Below the pieces are notes generated by a model. The model had not been told where the DNA came from. It saw only the letters and a list, made by a program, of their open reading frames with translations, and did not search any database. The position numbers and the translations under genes were made by a program. A DNA stretch of 47,165 bases from the IMG/VR virus record IMGVR_UViG_3300038406_000164, positions 1-47,165 of that record. One strand, 5' to 3'. The stretch is from a virus. Taxonomy: Duplodnaviria > Caudoviricetes. This document shows, piece by piece, positions 28,299 to 37,465 of this stretch; position 1 is the first letter of the stretch; each line of letters starts with the position of its first letter.

Positions 28299-30272
28299 TT
28301 AGCCATTTGGTGCCATCCCTGACATTGGATTTGCCGCTTGCTGTATCCCCGCAGTCTCGGGGGACCCACCGGTTCCCTGCCCAGCCGCCACGCCTGCAGG
28401 TCCACCCTCAGCCGACTGTGGACCCTGACCAAGCATCTGAGCCGCGCCCATCGTCCTTTGCATCTCAGCGTCCGCCTGCTCAAGCTCTTCCGGCGTCTTT
28501 TCCAGCTTTTCAGGACTAATGTTCAGCGTGACCATCATCTGATCAAGTGTCCTATCAGGGCTGAACCGCCTCAAGAATGCCTGGAACAGCATAGGATTGA
28601 CCGTCACAGCCTGCAGCATGGCCATAATCTTCTGAAAGTCAAGTGCTCTGGTGAGCGTCCCACTCAATCCAAAGACCTTCATCTTGCATTTGCCAGCAAA
28701 CAGTGCGAAGCGCTCCTCCGGGCTGGCCTGCATCAGCAACATGGCCACCCTCCGATCAGCCATAGTAGGAAACGCCTCTTTAGGTATGTCGTCCGCATTC
28801 TGAAGGATGTTCAACCATGACTTCCTGAGTGTGTCACTGATCAGCACTTCAAGATCAGCGATGATCCCATCCAACATCAGATTCTGTGACTGACTACTTT
28901 GAAGCACTTCCGTGGCAAGCACCTGCTTAGGAGGCAAAGCCCCCACGTTCAACTCGTTGCTCATGACAGCAGTGTGATACTCCTTGTTCAGGAAGTCGAA
29001 CACTGCCATCGCATCCCTGGGCACATCCCCCTCAGATACGGTCTCCAGCACCTTCGCATTATTAGGAAGCGTTTGCTTGACAGCTAGCGTCTGGCCCTGC
29101 CTAATCCCCGCCTCAACCTGCCTCGGGTCCTCCAGGTCCTCAATCCGCAACTGCTTGATGCCCCACACAGCAGCCATGCCACCGTCTAGCATCAAATTGA
29201 ACAGTTCATTGATTGCCAAATTCAGGTCCGACCCATGATCGTACAGTGCTTTGTGCCACACTGAATGCGGCACCCTAATCAGCGGCCTGACCACAAAGGG
29301 GCTTTCCTGGTGCCAGAACGGATTCGGCTCCGGAGGCCTAATGAGGAACTTCTCATTTGCTATAGTCGCAACTACATTCCTGTGCGCAACCTCCCCATTG
29401 TCATCCAGCAGTGTTCCCCAGAACTCATCAATCAGCACCTTCTTCCTAAACGAAGGCTTAACCGAGATGTCATGGCCCCTGTCTTCCTCAGACAGCTCCT
29501 CATCTTCCGGCCTCTCGTGGGAGGACCCAATCAGTTGATTGACAGCCGTCTTGTCGTATACCCCAACTTCAGCCATCTCCAACACTTCATGCAGGTCCCT
29601 CTCACACCGATGGATCTCATACAGGTCCATGCCTGACGGGTCCGGGTAATAGTCTTCGAATCGTAGCAAGTCAATTCTAAGTTTCCACTGGTCCTCCTCT
29701 TCCATTATTAGTGGAGAGGAGTTAGCAGCTTCCTCCATGCCCAACTCGGCAGAGCCTTTCTCAAACCTAAAGGTCCGCCTTTTGTAGTTTCCGCCATGCA
29801 CTTTCAAGATAATCAGGCTCTTGAGAAGTGCCTGCTTCACGCCATCGCTAATCACCAGTGGAAAGGTGTTGGACGTATTGTTCGGCCCCCACAAGTCTTC
29901 CAGGAAGCACTTCAGCAGCGTTCTAATCTGTGAACCGCTAATCAGCTGCTGTATATCGCTGTCTACCGAAACGCTAAAATAGTCCCCAAACTGGATCAGC
30001 CCGCGCTTGATCAGCGCGCCCATTTGCTCCACACTTACAGGAACTTTCGGAAGAAACTCCTTGGACTGGCCCTCTTGCTTGTGCCTCCAATCCTGCCTAC
30101 CCATATACACGTCCCAGTTCATATCGTTTCGAGTCAGCCGACTGAGGCGCGCCTGCTCACTCTCCTGCCTGCACTGCATGATAGCCGATATGACGCCCGT
30201 CCCATTCGGTATTTGCTCATCGAACTGCGGGCGCGGGCCACCACCACTAGCTATCGGATTGTCTATTGCCAT
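28299..30272 (-). CDS. Portal protein
   Basis: 657 aa after TerL; SKEFLPKV, DYYPDP and NPFWHQESPFV resemble podoviral portals; Gln/Gly tail. Confidence 0.8.
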   Translation of the reverse strand: MAIDNPIASGGGPRPQFDEQIPNGTGVISAIMQCRQESEQARLSRLTRNDMNWDVYMGRQDWRHKQEGQSKEFLPKVPVSVEQMGALIKRGLIQFGDYFSVSVDSDIQQLISGSQIRTLLKCFLEDLWGPNNTSNTFPLVISDGVKQALLKSLIILKVHGGNYKRRTFRFEKGSAELGMEEAANSSPLIMEEEDQWKLRIDLLRFEDYYPDPSGMDLYEIHRCERDLHEVLEMAEVGVYDKTAVNQLIGSSHERPEDEELSEEDRGHDISVKPSFRKKVLIDEFWGTLLDDNGEVAHRNVVATIANEKFLIRPPEPNPFWHQESPFVVRPLIRVPHSVWHKALYDHGSDLNLAINELFNLMLDGGMAAVWGIKQLRIEDLEDPRQVEAGIRQGQTLAVKQTLPNNAKVLETVSEGDVPRDAMAVFDFLNKEYHTAVMSNELNVGALPPKQVLATEVLQSSQSQNLMLDGIIADLEVLISDTLRKSWLNILQNADDIPKEAFPTMADRRVAMLLMQASPEERFALFAGKCKMKVFGLSGTLTRALDFQKIMAMLQAVTVNPMLFQAFLRRFSPDRTLDQMMVTLNISPEKLEKTPEELEQADAEMQRTMGAAQMLGQGPQSAEGGPAGVAAGQGTGGSPETAGIQQAANPMSGMAPNG

Positions 30273-30432
30273 ATCTCGGACTCGGTATGGTTACAGCCGT
30301 AAACCTGGCCTCGTACAGGCACCTAACATGGATGCCCAGGCGCTCTTCCGTCTTACTAAACAGACCTATAGCGCATATTCGGCACAATTTTACGTCACGA
30401 CGTTTCTCTGTCAATCCCCCCTCATCGGCCAT
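30247..30432 (-). CDS. Small zinc-binding protein
   Basis: CRIC...HVRC; fills the TerL-portal gap. Confidence 0.45.
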   Translation of the reverse strand: MADEGGLTEKRRDVKLCRICAIGLFSKTEERLGIHVRCLYEARFTAVTIPSPRYGNRQSDS

Positions 30433-31951
30433 AACTTGGTCCCATCAGTGACTTCGGCACATACCCCGACCTCCCCGTATTCACCCTAACCGGCTCCTCA
30501 TAAGCCAGCATATAGCCAGCCCCATCACTAAGGTGCGTCCTATTAAAGTATGGGTCCTTAGGGTTCCTCACCTTCAGTATGCCCTGCTTCTGATCCCTCA
30601 GCACAGACTCAAAGTCAGTGGCCATTTCCCTACACGATGGATCGAGCTGAACGCGTACGCGTCCGTCTTCGTCCCTCAAGATTCGATTGACAGCATTCAC
30701 CCTATCAGGAATCTTAGGATTTTCCTCCGGCACTCTCAGCTCAACCGGAACTCCATACTGTTTCATCTCATTCAGAATAGTCCAATAATCCGACCGCCCG
30801 GTTTGCCCCGTCCTACCCTTCCCCGTGGCATCCCCATATATATAGAGAGCGGCTCCGTGTTCCGGTATGTTATGGTAAAAAAGCTGGCACATCTCAGTGA
30901 TATTGCCTTCCTCTAACCACAACTCCCTATGACAGTTGTACACGCCTCCATGCCTTTGCCACACCGATGAAGTCATCGGCTGAACATTGAAGTCCCATGC
31001 CCACATAAGCGGATAACGGAAGGCAATCTCCAGTGGATTCCTCGCCACATGCACCAGTCGATCAAAGGCGGGGTATGCCCTCGCACCGCCAATCCCCGGT
31101 AGCCACTCGCCCTCCAGCCGGATTCTCCGGCTCGGTGATCCCTCCGGGTAGATCGCCTCCAGTCGCGCAATCTCGCTTCTGGGTATCCCCGGATTGTCGT
31201 ATATTGAGGCGCCAAACAGTCCCATATGCGGCAGGCGCCCTTCCTTCCACGGCTGTATAATCTGTGGGAAGACCCAAGAAACAGTATTGGCCTTGGCCCC
31301 CTCTGGAGGCAATATCGTACATGTACAGAAGAATATAAGGGGCTTCTGCCCCACCCTGATCACAGATTCCTCGTAGATTTCCCATGGATGCTCCTCGTCC
31401 ATGTGAAACCAGTCCCGTTCCGATCCCTGATACTTTTTCCGCCCACTTTCTGCCGACTTAAAGCCAATAATTGATCCGTTCTTCAGTTTCAGGACTTGAG
31501 CGTCAGTTGACCAATGCTCAATTTCATGATCTGGTATAAAAGGGCCTCTTTCGGTCCTTGCGCCAAACCCATTGTCGAAATACTTAGGTTGAATGACATC
31601 TCTAGAAGTCGGAAAATCAAGTGCACTGACCCATCCCGACGTAGCTCTATCGCGTACAGCAACGCCCCCGCTGGGATTTGATGACGTGTCCCAAGTTCCT
31701 CCATCTTGTCTGCCAAATCGTGCCAGCGTTGCTCCAATGTAGGCTCCTGCATCACTTTTTCCACTCCGATTTGCCGCAATAAACCAGTTTTCTGGCTTCT
31801 CCCGCCTCAAAACACTGTTCACGAACACTCTTTGCTTGTCATGCAGTGGAAAGCTTTTGACTGGATCGTGGGCGCGACGTTCCAGCAGCGCCTCAGCCAG
31901 CAAAAGCACCTCCTCGGACGCAACACGATCCGTCATGGCGCGCCCCGCCAT
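30422..31951 (-). CDS. terL: Terminase large subunit
   Basis: Walker A AANRSGKS, Walker B FHMDEE, nuclease WDFN, YGDATG and HLSDGAGY. The start may be 31936. Confidence 0.9.
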   Translation of the reverse strand: MAGRAMTDRVASEEVLLLAEALLERRAHDPVKSFPLHDKQRVFVNSVLRREKPENWFIAANRSGKSDAGAYIGATLARFGRQDGGTWDTSSNPSGGVAVRDRATSGWVSALDFPTSRDVIQPKYFDNGFGARTERGPFIPDHEIEHWSTDAQVLKLKNGSIIGFKSAESGRKKYQGSERDWFHMDEEHPWEIYEESVIRVGQKPLIFFCTCTILPPEGAKANTVSWVFPQIIQPWKEGRLPHMGLFGASIYDNPGIPRSEIARLEAIYPEGSPSRRIRLEGEWLPGIGGARAYPAFDRLVHVARNPLEIAFRYPLMWAWDFNVQPMTSSVWQRHGGVYNCHRELWLEEGNITEMCQLFYHNIPEHGAALYIYGDATGKGRTGQTGRSDYWTILNEMKQYGVPVELRVPEENPKIPDRVNAVNRILRDEDGRVRVQLDPSCREMATDFESVLRDQKQGILKVRNPKDPYFNRTHLSDGAGYMLAYEEPVRVNTGRSGYVPKSLMGPSYGR

Positions 31952-31983
31952 TGATTTTTTGTCAATTTTGCGTGTAAAATCAA
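31951..31983. promoter_or_regulatory. Candidate sigma70 promoter for the RNR gene, inside an inverted repeat
   Basis: TTGATT-N18-TAAAAT on +; TTGATTTT...AAAATCAA symmetry. Confidence 0.45.
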
Positions 31984-32018
31984 CGTCTTACCCCAAAAAC
32001 ACACCACGGGAGCCTACA

Positions 32019-33728
32019 ATGCAAGAACATGCCCCGGACGGCACGCATCGTCAAGACATCGGCCCTCAGACCGAAGTCGGAAAGGCCATCTTTAGGCAAA
32101 AATACGCTATGCAAGGAGAGTCCTTCAGGGACGTTTGCAACCGCGTAGCCTCCGGCCTATCCGATAATCACGATCATTACCACGCCTTCCGAGAAATTCT
32201 CCTAACACAGCGCTTTCTCCCAGGTGGGCGCATCTACGCCTCCATCGGCACCTCCAAAAACGTGTGCTCTCACAACTGTTTCGTCTCCGGCACTATTTCA
32301 GACTCCTTTGTAGATGGCCCCGACTCTATTATGGACCGCGCCAAAGAGGCTGCGGCAACGATGCGTATGGGAGGCGGCATAGGCTATGACTTCTCCACCT
32401 TGCGCCCTCGGGGCGCCCTAATTAAACGGTTGCAATCTAACGCAACCGGCCCCATATCTTTCATGCACATCTTCGACTCCATTGGCCTCGCCACTTGCTC
32501 TAGCGGACACAGGCGCGGCGCACAGATGGGTATCCTCCGAGTAGATCACCCGGACATCGAGGAGTTTGTACATGCCAAGAACAATAGCGGCGCTCTTACA
32601 GGATTCAACATATCTGTCGCTATTACAGACGACTTCATGCGAGCAGTGGAATCAGGCGCAACGGAATTTCCCTTGGTATTTGACGGACAAGTACATAGTA
32701 CAATCAATCCTCAACAGCTCTGGGAACTTATCATGCGCTCCGCATGGGACTGGGCCGAGCCAGGAGTCGTCTTCATCGACAAGATGAATGCTGAGAACAA
32801 TCTATGGTATCGTGAGTTAATCGCAGCCACCAACCCCTGCTCAGAACAGCCCCTTCCCCCTTACGGCGCGTGTCTCCTGGGGTCCTTCAACCTTCCTAAG
32901 TACATACAAGAGAACAGGCTATTCGACTACACACAGCTGGAAGATGACATCCCGCACGTTGTGAGAGCTATGGACAATGTCAACGGCGTAGCCAAGTACC
33001 CGTTGCCAGAGCAGCGAGTGGAGGCACTTAATAAGCGCCGTATGGGCTTGGGCGTCACTGGCCTGGCCAACGCCATCGAAGCCATGGGACACCCCTATGG
33101 TTCGGACAAGTTCCTTAGTCACATGCATACCATCTTAGTGACCTTAAAGGAGGGTGCGTATGCGGCATCTGCCATGCTAGCCAAGGAAAAGGGGCCATTC
33201 CCCCTGTTTGACCTTCCACTCTACATGGAGTCCCCATTCATACAGCGCCTATCCGCTGAGATCAAGGGGATGATTGAGGACTATGGCATCCGTAACTCAC
33301 ATCTCATCAGCATGGCCCCCACTGGCACCATCAGCCTCACGGCTGACAATGTCTCCTCATCCATCGAACCTACATTTGCCCTGGTCAGTGAAGTGCTGAT
33401 CCACACTCCCGAGGACGGCGCCAAGACCGTTACGATGCAGGACTACGGGAACCGTGTCTTTGGTACGACACCGAAGGTGTCAAAGGACGTCACTAGCCAT
33501 GAGCATCTAAATGTCTTGTGTGCAGCTCAGCTGCACACGGACTCAGCCGTGTCCAAGACGTGTAATGTCCCACCCACTATGCCATGGGACGAGTTTAAGG
33601 AGTTGTATCATAGGGCGTGGAGGCGCGGCGCCAAGTCATGTGCCGTCTACAACACAGGCGGTAAGAGGGGTGCAGCCCTGACTGCTGCTGTAGGCGACAC
33701 TTGTTTAACCGGCACGTGTGACATTTGA
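32019..33728 (+). CDS. nrdJ: Ribonucleotide reductase, class II (adenosylcobalamin-dependent)
   Basis: FLPGGR, NCFV, RRGAQM, TNPCSEQ, APTGTIS and C-terminal CLTGTC; no beta-subunit gene seen. GGGAG RBS before ATG 32019. Confidence 0.8.
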   Translation: MQEHAPDGTHRQDIGPQTEVGKAIFRQKYAMQGESFRDVCNRVASGLSDNHDHYHAFREILLTQRFLPGGRIYASIGTSKNVCSHNCFVSGTISDSFVDGPDSIMDRAKEAAATMRMGGGIGYDFSTLRPRGALIKRLQSNATGPISFMHIFDSIGLATCSSGHRRGAQMGILRVDHPDIEEFVHAKNNSGALTGFNISVAITDDFMRAVESGATEFPLVFDGQVHSTINPQQLWELIMRSAWDWAEPGVVFIDKMNAENNLWYRELIAATNPCSEQPLPPYGACLLGSFNLPKYIQENRLFDYTQLEDDIPHVVRAMDNVNGVAKYPLPEQRVEALNKRRMGLGVTGLANAIEAMGHPYGSDKFLSHMHTILVTLKEGAYAASAMLAKEKGPFPLFDLPLYMESPFIQRLSAEIKGMIEDYGIRNSHLISMAPTGTISLTADNVSSSIEPTFALVSEVLIHTPEDGAKTVTMQDYGNRVFGTTPKVSKDVTSHEHLNVLCAAQLHTDSAVSKTCNVPPTMPWDEFKELYHRAWRRGAKSCAVYNTGGKRGAALTAAVGDTCLTGTCDI

Positions 33729-33742
33729 GCCACACCATATGG

Positions 33743-33771
33743 TTGCATTGCGCCCGTGCGCATATTATAAT
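33743..33771 (+). promoter_or_regulatory. Sigma70-type promoter
   Basis: TTGCAT-N17-TATAAT. Confidence 0.65.
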
Positions 33772-33812
33772 GATCAATGGTTAGCAAGAGCTAACCTAAG
33801 GGAGTAGATCAA

Positions 33813-34061
33813 ATGCCACTAAGTGACGCTGAAGGTTCAAAACCCTGGTACGCCAGTAATACTATATGGGCTAACATCTTGCTCACGGCTACTACCCTGG
33901 CGCGAGCAGTTGGCCTTATCGATGATGACGCGGCTACGGCCATTGTCCTTGAGGTCCCCGACTACATCACAAGCGTAGTGATCGCTGTATTGGGCATCTA
34001 TGGAATATATGGGCGGTGGTCAGCCACTAAGGAAGTGAAATCAGGAGTCTTGGTCAAATAG
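33813..34061 (+). CDS. Putative holin
   Basis: SKPWYASNTIWAN, two TM segments, IYGRWSAT. Confidence 0.6.
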   Translation: MPLSDAEGSKPWYASNTIWANILLTATTLARAVGLIDDDAATAIVLEVPDYITSVVIAVLGIYGIYGRWSATKEVKSGVLVK

Positions 34062-34086
34062 CGCCAAGCACGATGAGGGATTTAAG

Positions 34087-34866
34087 ATGAAAAGACTTGC
34101 TATTGCGGCGATAGCCGCAGCACTATGTGTAACCATGCTCCCAGGCGCGGCAGGTGCCGCAGACATCGAGGATGCATTTCCAGATGTGCAGAACGAGCCT
34201 GAGCGCCCGTACATCAGTTGGACGGCCCTGTACGTAGGCGTAGGTGTAGGCTATGGCAATGCCAACCATGACCTTTCGGTCAACGATGAATTTCAGGACG
34301 TGGGATTGGCCAAGATAGGTGGTGAATTCTCTGCTGGGCTTGACGGCTTGAACAGTCAGGGAGTTATTGGGCGCGGCAAGATCGGTGCTGACTACCAGAT
34401 TGGTGGCGGTCGCTTTGTCGTGGGCATCTTTGGCCTGTACGACTTCACGGACATGGATACAGACGGATTCATCAGCTTTGGTCCTGGAACTGGCGGAAGT
34501 TTTCTTCTGGAGAAAGATGATGAGTGGGCTGCCGGTATTCGTGGTGGCATCCTTATCAATCCTGAGACGCTGTTTTATCTGTCGGTAGCATACGCCGAAA
34601 CTGGCTATGACCTGACAGTCAATAACGGTGTGGGAGGGGTTATTCCCGAGCTATCAGGCGGGTTCGATGCCGAAGGCATTGCACCTGGCATTGGCATTGA
34701 GACGCTTATTCTGCGGAACGTGTCGCTCAATATTGACTATACGCACACATTCTACGATACGGAGACGCTTACGGCGTTTCGTGGGATCAACGTCCAAGAC
34801 GATCTGGACGAAGATAAGGTGATGCTTGAGCTTAAGCTGAAGTTGAACCAGGGCCTGTTTCGGTGA
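34087..34866 (+). CDS. Outer-membrane beta-barrel protein, Omp25/RopB-like
   Basis: Signal peptide ending AGA-AD; SWTALYVGVGVGYG, IGADYQ, RGGILINPETLFY, GIGIE; alternating beta strands. Confidence 0.8.
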   Translation: MKRLAIAAIAAALCVTMLPGAAGAADIEDAFPDVQNEPERPYISWTALYVGVGVGYGNANHDLSVNDEFQDVGLAKIGGEFSAGLDGLNSQGVIGRGKIGADYQIGGGRFVVGIFGLYDFTDMDTDGFISFGPGTGGSFLLEKDDEWAAGIRGGILINPETLFYLSVAYAETGYDLTVNNGVGGVIPELSGGFDAEGIAPGIGIETLILRNVSLNIDYTHTFYDTETLTAFRGINVQDDLDEDKVMLELKLKLNQGLFR

Positions 34867-34891
34867 TCGCATAGCGATCACTGGTCGGGGG

Positions 34892-34928
34892 AGGGGGCTC
34901 GTGTGCTTTGCACACGGCCCCCTTTTTT
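34892..34928 (+). terminator. Rho-independent terminator
   Basis: GGGGGCTCGTGTGC-TTT-GCACACGGCCCCC followed by T6. Confidence 0.8.
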
Positions 34929-34957
34929 GCGGGCTGCGCCCGCATGGAGTGCAAGGA

Positions 34958-35302
34958 ATGAAGTTCTTTTTTAATGGCGCCGAGACGGACCTTGAGTACA
35001 AGATCGAGGACATCGAGGTCGCGCCCTCAAGTCATGGATGGGCCAAGGTTACCTTAAAGCTGACTGATGTGCATGGAGTGTACCCAGAGAAGTCAGTGAC
35101 TATGACCATCGCCGAGATGGACATTGACTTTATTCAGCACCATCTTATGATGTACCGCAATGCTCGGGATGCATCCAGGCGCGAGCCTACGGCTCGTGGG
35201 CATTGTGGTACTTGCGGTGTCGCTCTTGGGCAGGACGACGATGGACCAGATTGCCCAGTGTGTGTAGAATGGTGGATTCAAAACCCGCCACCCGCTAACT
35301 AA
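34958..35302 (+). CDS. Hypothetical protein with a C-terminal CxxC..CxxC
   Basis: CGTC...CPVC; GGAG upstream. Confidence 0.55.
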   Translation: MKFFFNGAETDLEYKIEDIEVAPSSHGWAKVTLKLTDVHGVYPEKSVTMTIAEMDIDFIQHHLMMYRNARDASRREPTARGHCGTCGVALGQDDDGPDCPVCVEWWIQNPPPAN

Positions 35303-35315
35303 AAGGGAACATACA

Positions 35316-35636
35316 ATGAAGTTTCAACCAAGTGGAAAGAAGGCTGTTAAGGATGGAGTAAATCCCTTCGGCGCGATGTTGACTGGCAATACGCAGCCGG
35401 CTGGTCCGGGCACTGGCGTCCCCCGGGCACGCCCGGGGATTGGAAAACCAGAGGCCGTTGGCAAGCGCGTGCGGCCGTTTGCACAGGCGCTCGGCGACAC
35501 GCCGGAGAGGGACGGACCTTTTGCTGCATCTGCGAAGCAGGTGGCCATTGCGATGCCACCGAAGGGGCGTGTTCATCAGTCCAGGCGCAAGACCGCAGGT
35601 CTTGATCCGTCTAGGAATAATGGAGGTGGACGGTGA
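35316..35636 (+). CDS. Basic Pro/Gly-rich hypothetical protein
   Basis: AAGGG RBS. Confidence 0.5.
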   Translation: MKFQPSGKKAVKDGVNPFGAMLTGNTQPAGPGTGVPRARPGIGKPEAVGKRVRPFAQALGDTPERDGPFAASAKQVAIAMPPKGRVHQSRRKTAGLDPSRNNGGGR

Positions 35637-35672
35637 GCGGGCACATTGCGCCCGATATGTGGAGATGTGAAG

Positions 35673-35900
35673 ATGACAATTAAGGACCTGGGTACGAAGA
35701 ACTCTGGATGCGAAGCATCCGGGCGCGAGCTACGCTCGGTGGAAGATACCGAGGAGATGATTGATATGCAATGCAAGCTAATTGTGGCACAGGCGCACCT
35801 GATTAAGGATCAGCAGGCGGTGATTGACGCACTTCATGCTGTGAACCTGAATGCATCCAGGCGCGGCGGAAGCGCCGAGGAGTCAGAAAAGCATGACTGA
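35673..35900 (+). CDS. Hypothetical protein
   Basis: GGAG RBS. Confidence 0.5.
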   Translation: MTIKDLGTKNSGCEASGRELRSVEDTEEMIDMQCKLIVAQAHLIKDQQAVIDALHAVNLNASRRGGSAEESEKHD

Positions 35901-36054
35901 ACACCTTAGGATGAAAGCCCGGAGAGCGGAGAGAAAGATGCGCAACGATTATGGAGATGACCCCGGCGGCGCCGGGATGGGGATTGTGCTGTTAGTGGCG
36001 TTTGGCGTGATTGCGGTAGCAATCATAGCCATAGGGGCGTGGATCTTCTCATGA
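35893..36054 (+). CDS. Small membrane protein
   Basis: GAGGAG RBS; C-terminal TM helix. Confidence 0.5.
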   Translation: MTEHLRMKARRAERKMRNDYGDDPGGAGMGIVLLVAFGVIAVAIIAIGAWIFS

Positions 36055-36387
36055 CCGAAGGTCATGAGGGCGAAGTCCACAGAAATGTGCGCACCTAATT
36101 CGCTTTAGAAAGTTCCACCTTACCTATGGCTCAACTGCACCGTGCAGCCGGGATGCCACCCCCTTCGTGTGCCCCAAGGGGCACACGTTGCACAGGGGCT
36201 ACATGCTGCAACGCACTATGTAACACATATACTACATGTGCATTGCACTATGTAGCAATATTACTACACATTGCATTGCAATATAGATGTGTTGCATTGC
36301 ACCATGTTGCATATGGGCTACAATGTAGCCCAACCATCACACATTTACGCAACCATTGGTTGGTTTTACGCATAAAGCCTCAACTAA

Positions 36388-36408
36388 ACTGGCCCAAAAT
36401 GGGCCAAT
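36388..36408. promoter_or_regulatory. 21-bp palindrome, copy 4
   Basis: ACTGGCCCA-AAA-TGGGCCAAT. Confidence 0.7.
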
Positions 36409-36542
36409 GTAGTGGTAAATCGGTCAACATACGTGATATTTGTGCATTGTAGGACGCTTGTAGTACTGTATTTCTTAATGCTGCACTGCGGCATGGTACA
36501 TTTATACTACACACACGCTTCGCCATGTGCTGCGCACATGTC

Positions 36543-36576
36543 AACGAAATAACCGGGCAATTGCTTGCCCGGTTAT
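36543..36576 (-). terminator. Terminator for 36591..37130
   Basis: 12-bp stem ATAACCGGGCAA/TTGCCCGGTTAT with a GCAA tetraloop on the - strand, running into TTATTTCGTT. Confidence 0.7.
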
Positions 36577-36590
36577 CCCACATGCACGTG

Positions 36591-37130
36591 TTACTTCCCA
36601 ACACCATTTGAATTGATGTGTGTACGCATCAATTCAATCAATTGCTCCTCATTCACACCGGCCGCGACCATTGCTTTGCGCAATTCCGAACGTGGGCCAG
36701 CAATACGCGGCGCGCGTTGCGTGTGCATCAATGATGCCACATCAACCACACCGCTCCACATTGCAGCATCCAATTGTTCGTTCGGCGACGCCGAACGAAA
36801 TACTTTTTGCTGCAAAATGATCGCGGATGACATCGCTAACGCTTTCATGTCCGCGTCATCAACATTCGAAAAATCGAATGTTTGCTTCAATTGGAAACGC
36901 CTACCGTCATTTTCCGACGGTTTGACCGAATACCATGCAAGCACGGTATGCGCTCCGGTGTATTCCAATTTGCGTATTGCTTTGACGCCATCGGCAATTG
37001 GTTCCAACATCGCGGTTGGTTGCTCAGCAATCGTAGGTTTCAATACCTTTTTGGGTTTCTCAACCTTCGATTGTGTTTTCGTGTCGGGGGAATTGACGGT
37101 GCTGATATTTTCAACGTTTGACATTAGCAT
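36591..37130 (-). CDS. Hypothetical protein in the AG/CT-poor island
   Basis: 179-aa ORF followed by a terminator. Confidence 0.65.
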   Translation of the reverse strand: MLMSNVENISTVNSPDTKTQSKVEKPKKVLKPTIAEQPTAMLEPIADGVKAIRKLEYTGAHTVLAWYSVKPSENDGRRFQLKQTFDFSNVDDADMKALAMSSAIILQQKVFRSASPNEQLDAAMWSGVVDVASLMHTQRAPRIAGPRSELRKAMVAAGVNEEQLIELMRTHINSNGVGK

Positions 37131-37189
37131 GTTTCCATTTTGCTATGTCCAACATTTGGGCGCGTCATGACGCACCATGCGTATTTGAT

Positions 37190-37465
37190 TTATGTGTTCC
37201 GGTGTATTTCGGCGATTAGCATCGAACGCCAATATTCGGCGCGCGATGCGCATTGATCGCCCGCACGTTGCCATGCGGCGGCGTCAATCACGTATGGGTG
37301 CAACGCCATACGGTAATCAAAATGTGCTTGGTTGCTCCACCATATAACCGCGTCGCGATATGAACGCGCCCGATGTGCGCGATCATTCAACAACGTATTA
37401 AATTCGCTCGGCAATACCGGTGCGAGCATTCCCGTGCTGCGCACGGGTGTATTTTGTGCGTTCAT
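37190..37465 (-). CDS. Hypothetical protein in the AG/CT-poor island
   Basis: Start context GGGAAAAGCACATG is shared with other early genes. Confidence 0.6.
   Translation of the reverse strand: MNAQNTPVRSTGMLAPVLPSEFNTLLNDRAHRARSYRDAVIWWSNQAHFDYRMALHPYVIDAAAWQRAGDQCASRAEYWRSMLIAEIHRNT

Noticed and set aside
9871-31951. Numerous + strand ORFs over the structural operon (e.g. 24333..25076, 26034..26789)
   Set aside because: Antisense shadows of well-supported - strand genes, with no recognisable motifs.
31836-32018. N-terminal extension of the RNR ORF
   Set aside because: It overlaps terL on the opposite strand. The RBS and promoter support ATG 32019.
36126-36452. 108-aa Cys/His-rich ORF
   Set aside because: A product of the TGCA/CACA-rich low-complexity DNA, with no RBS.
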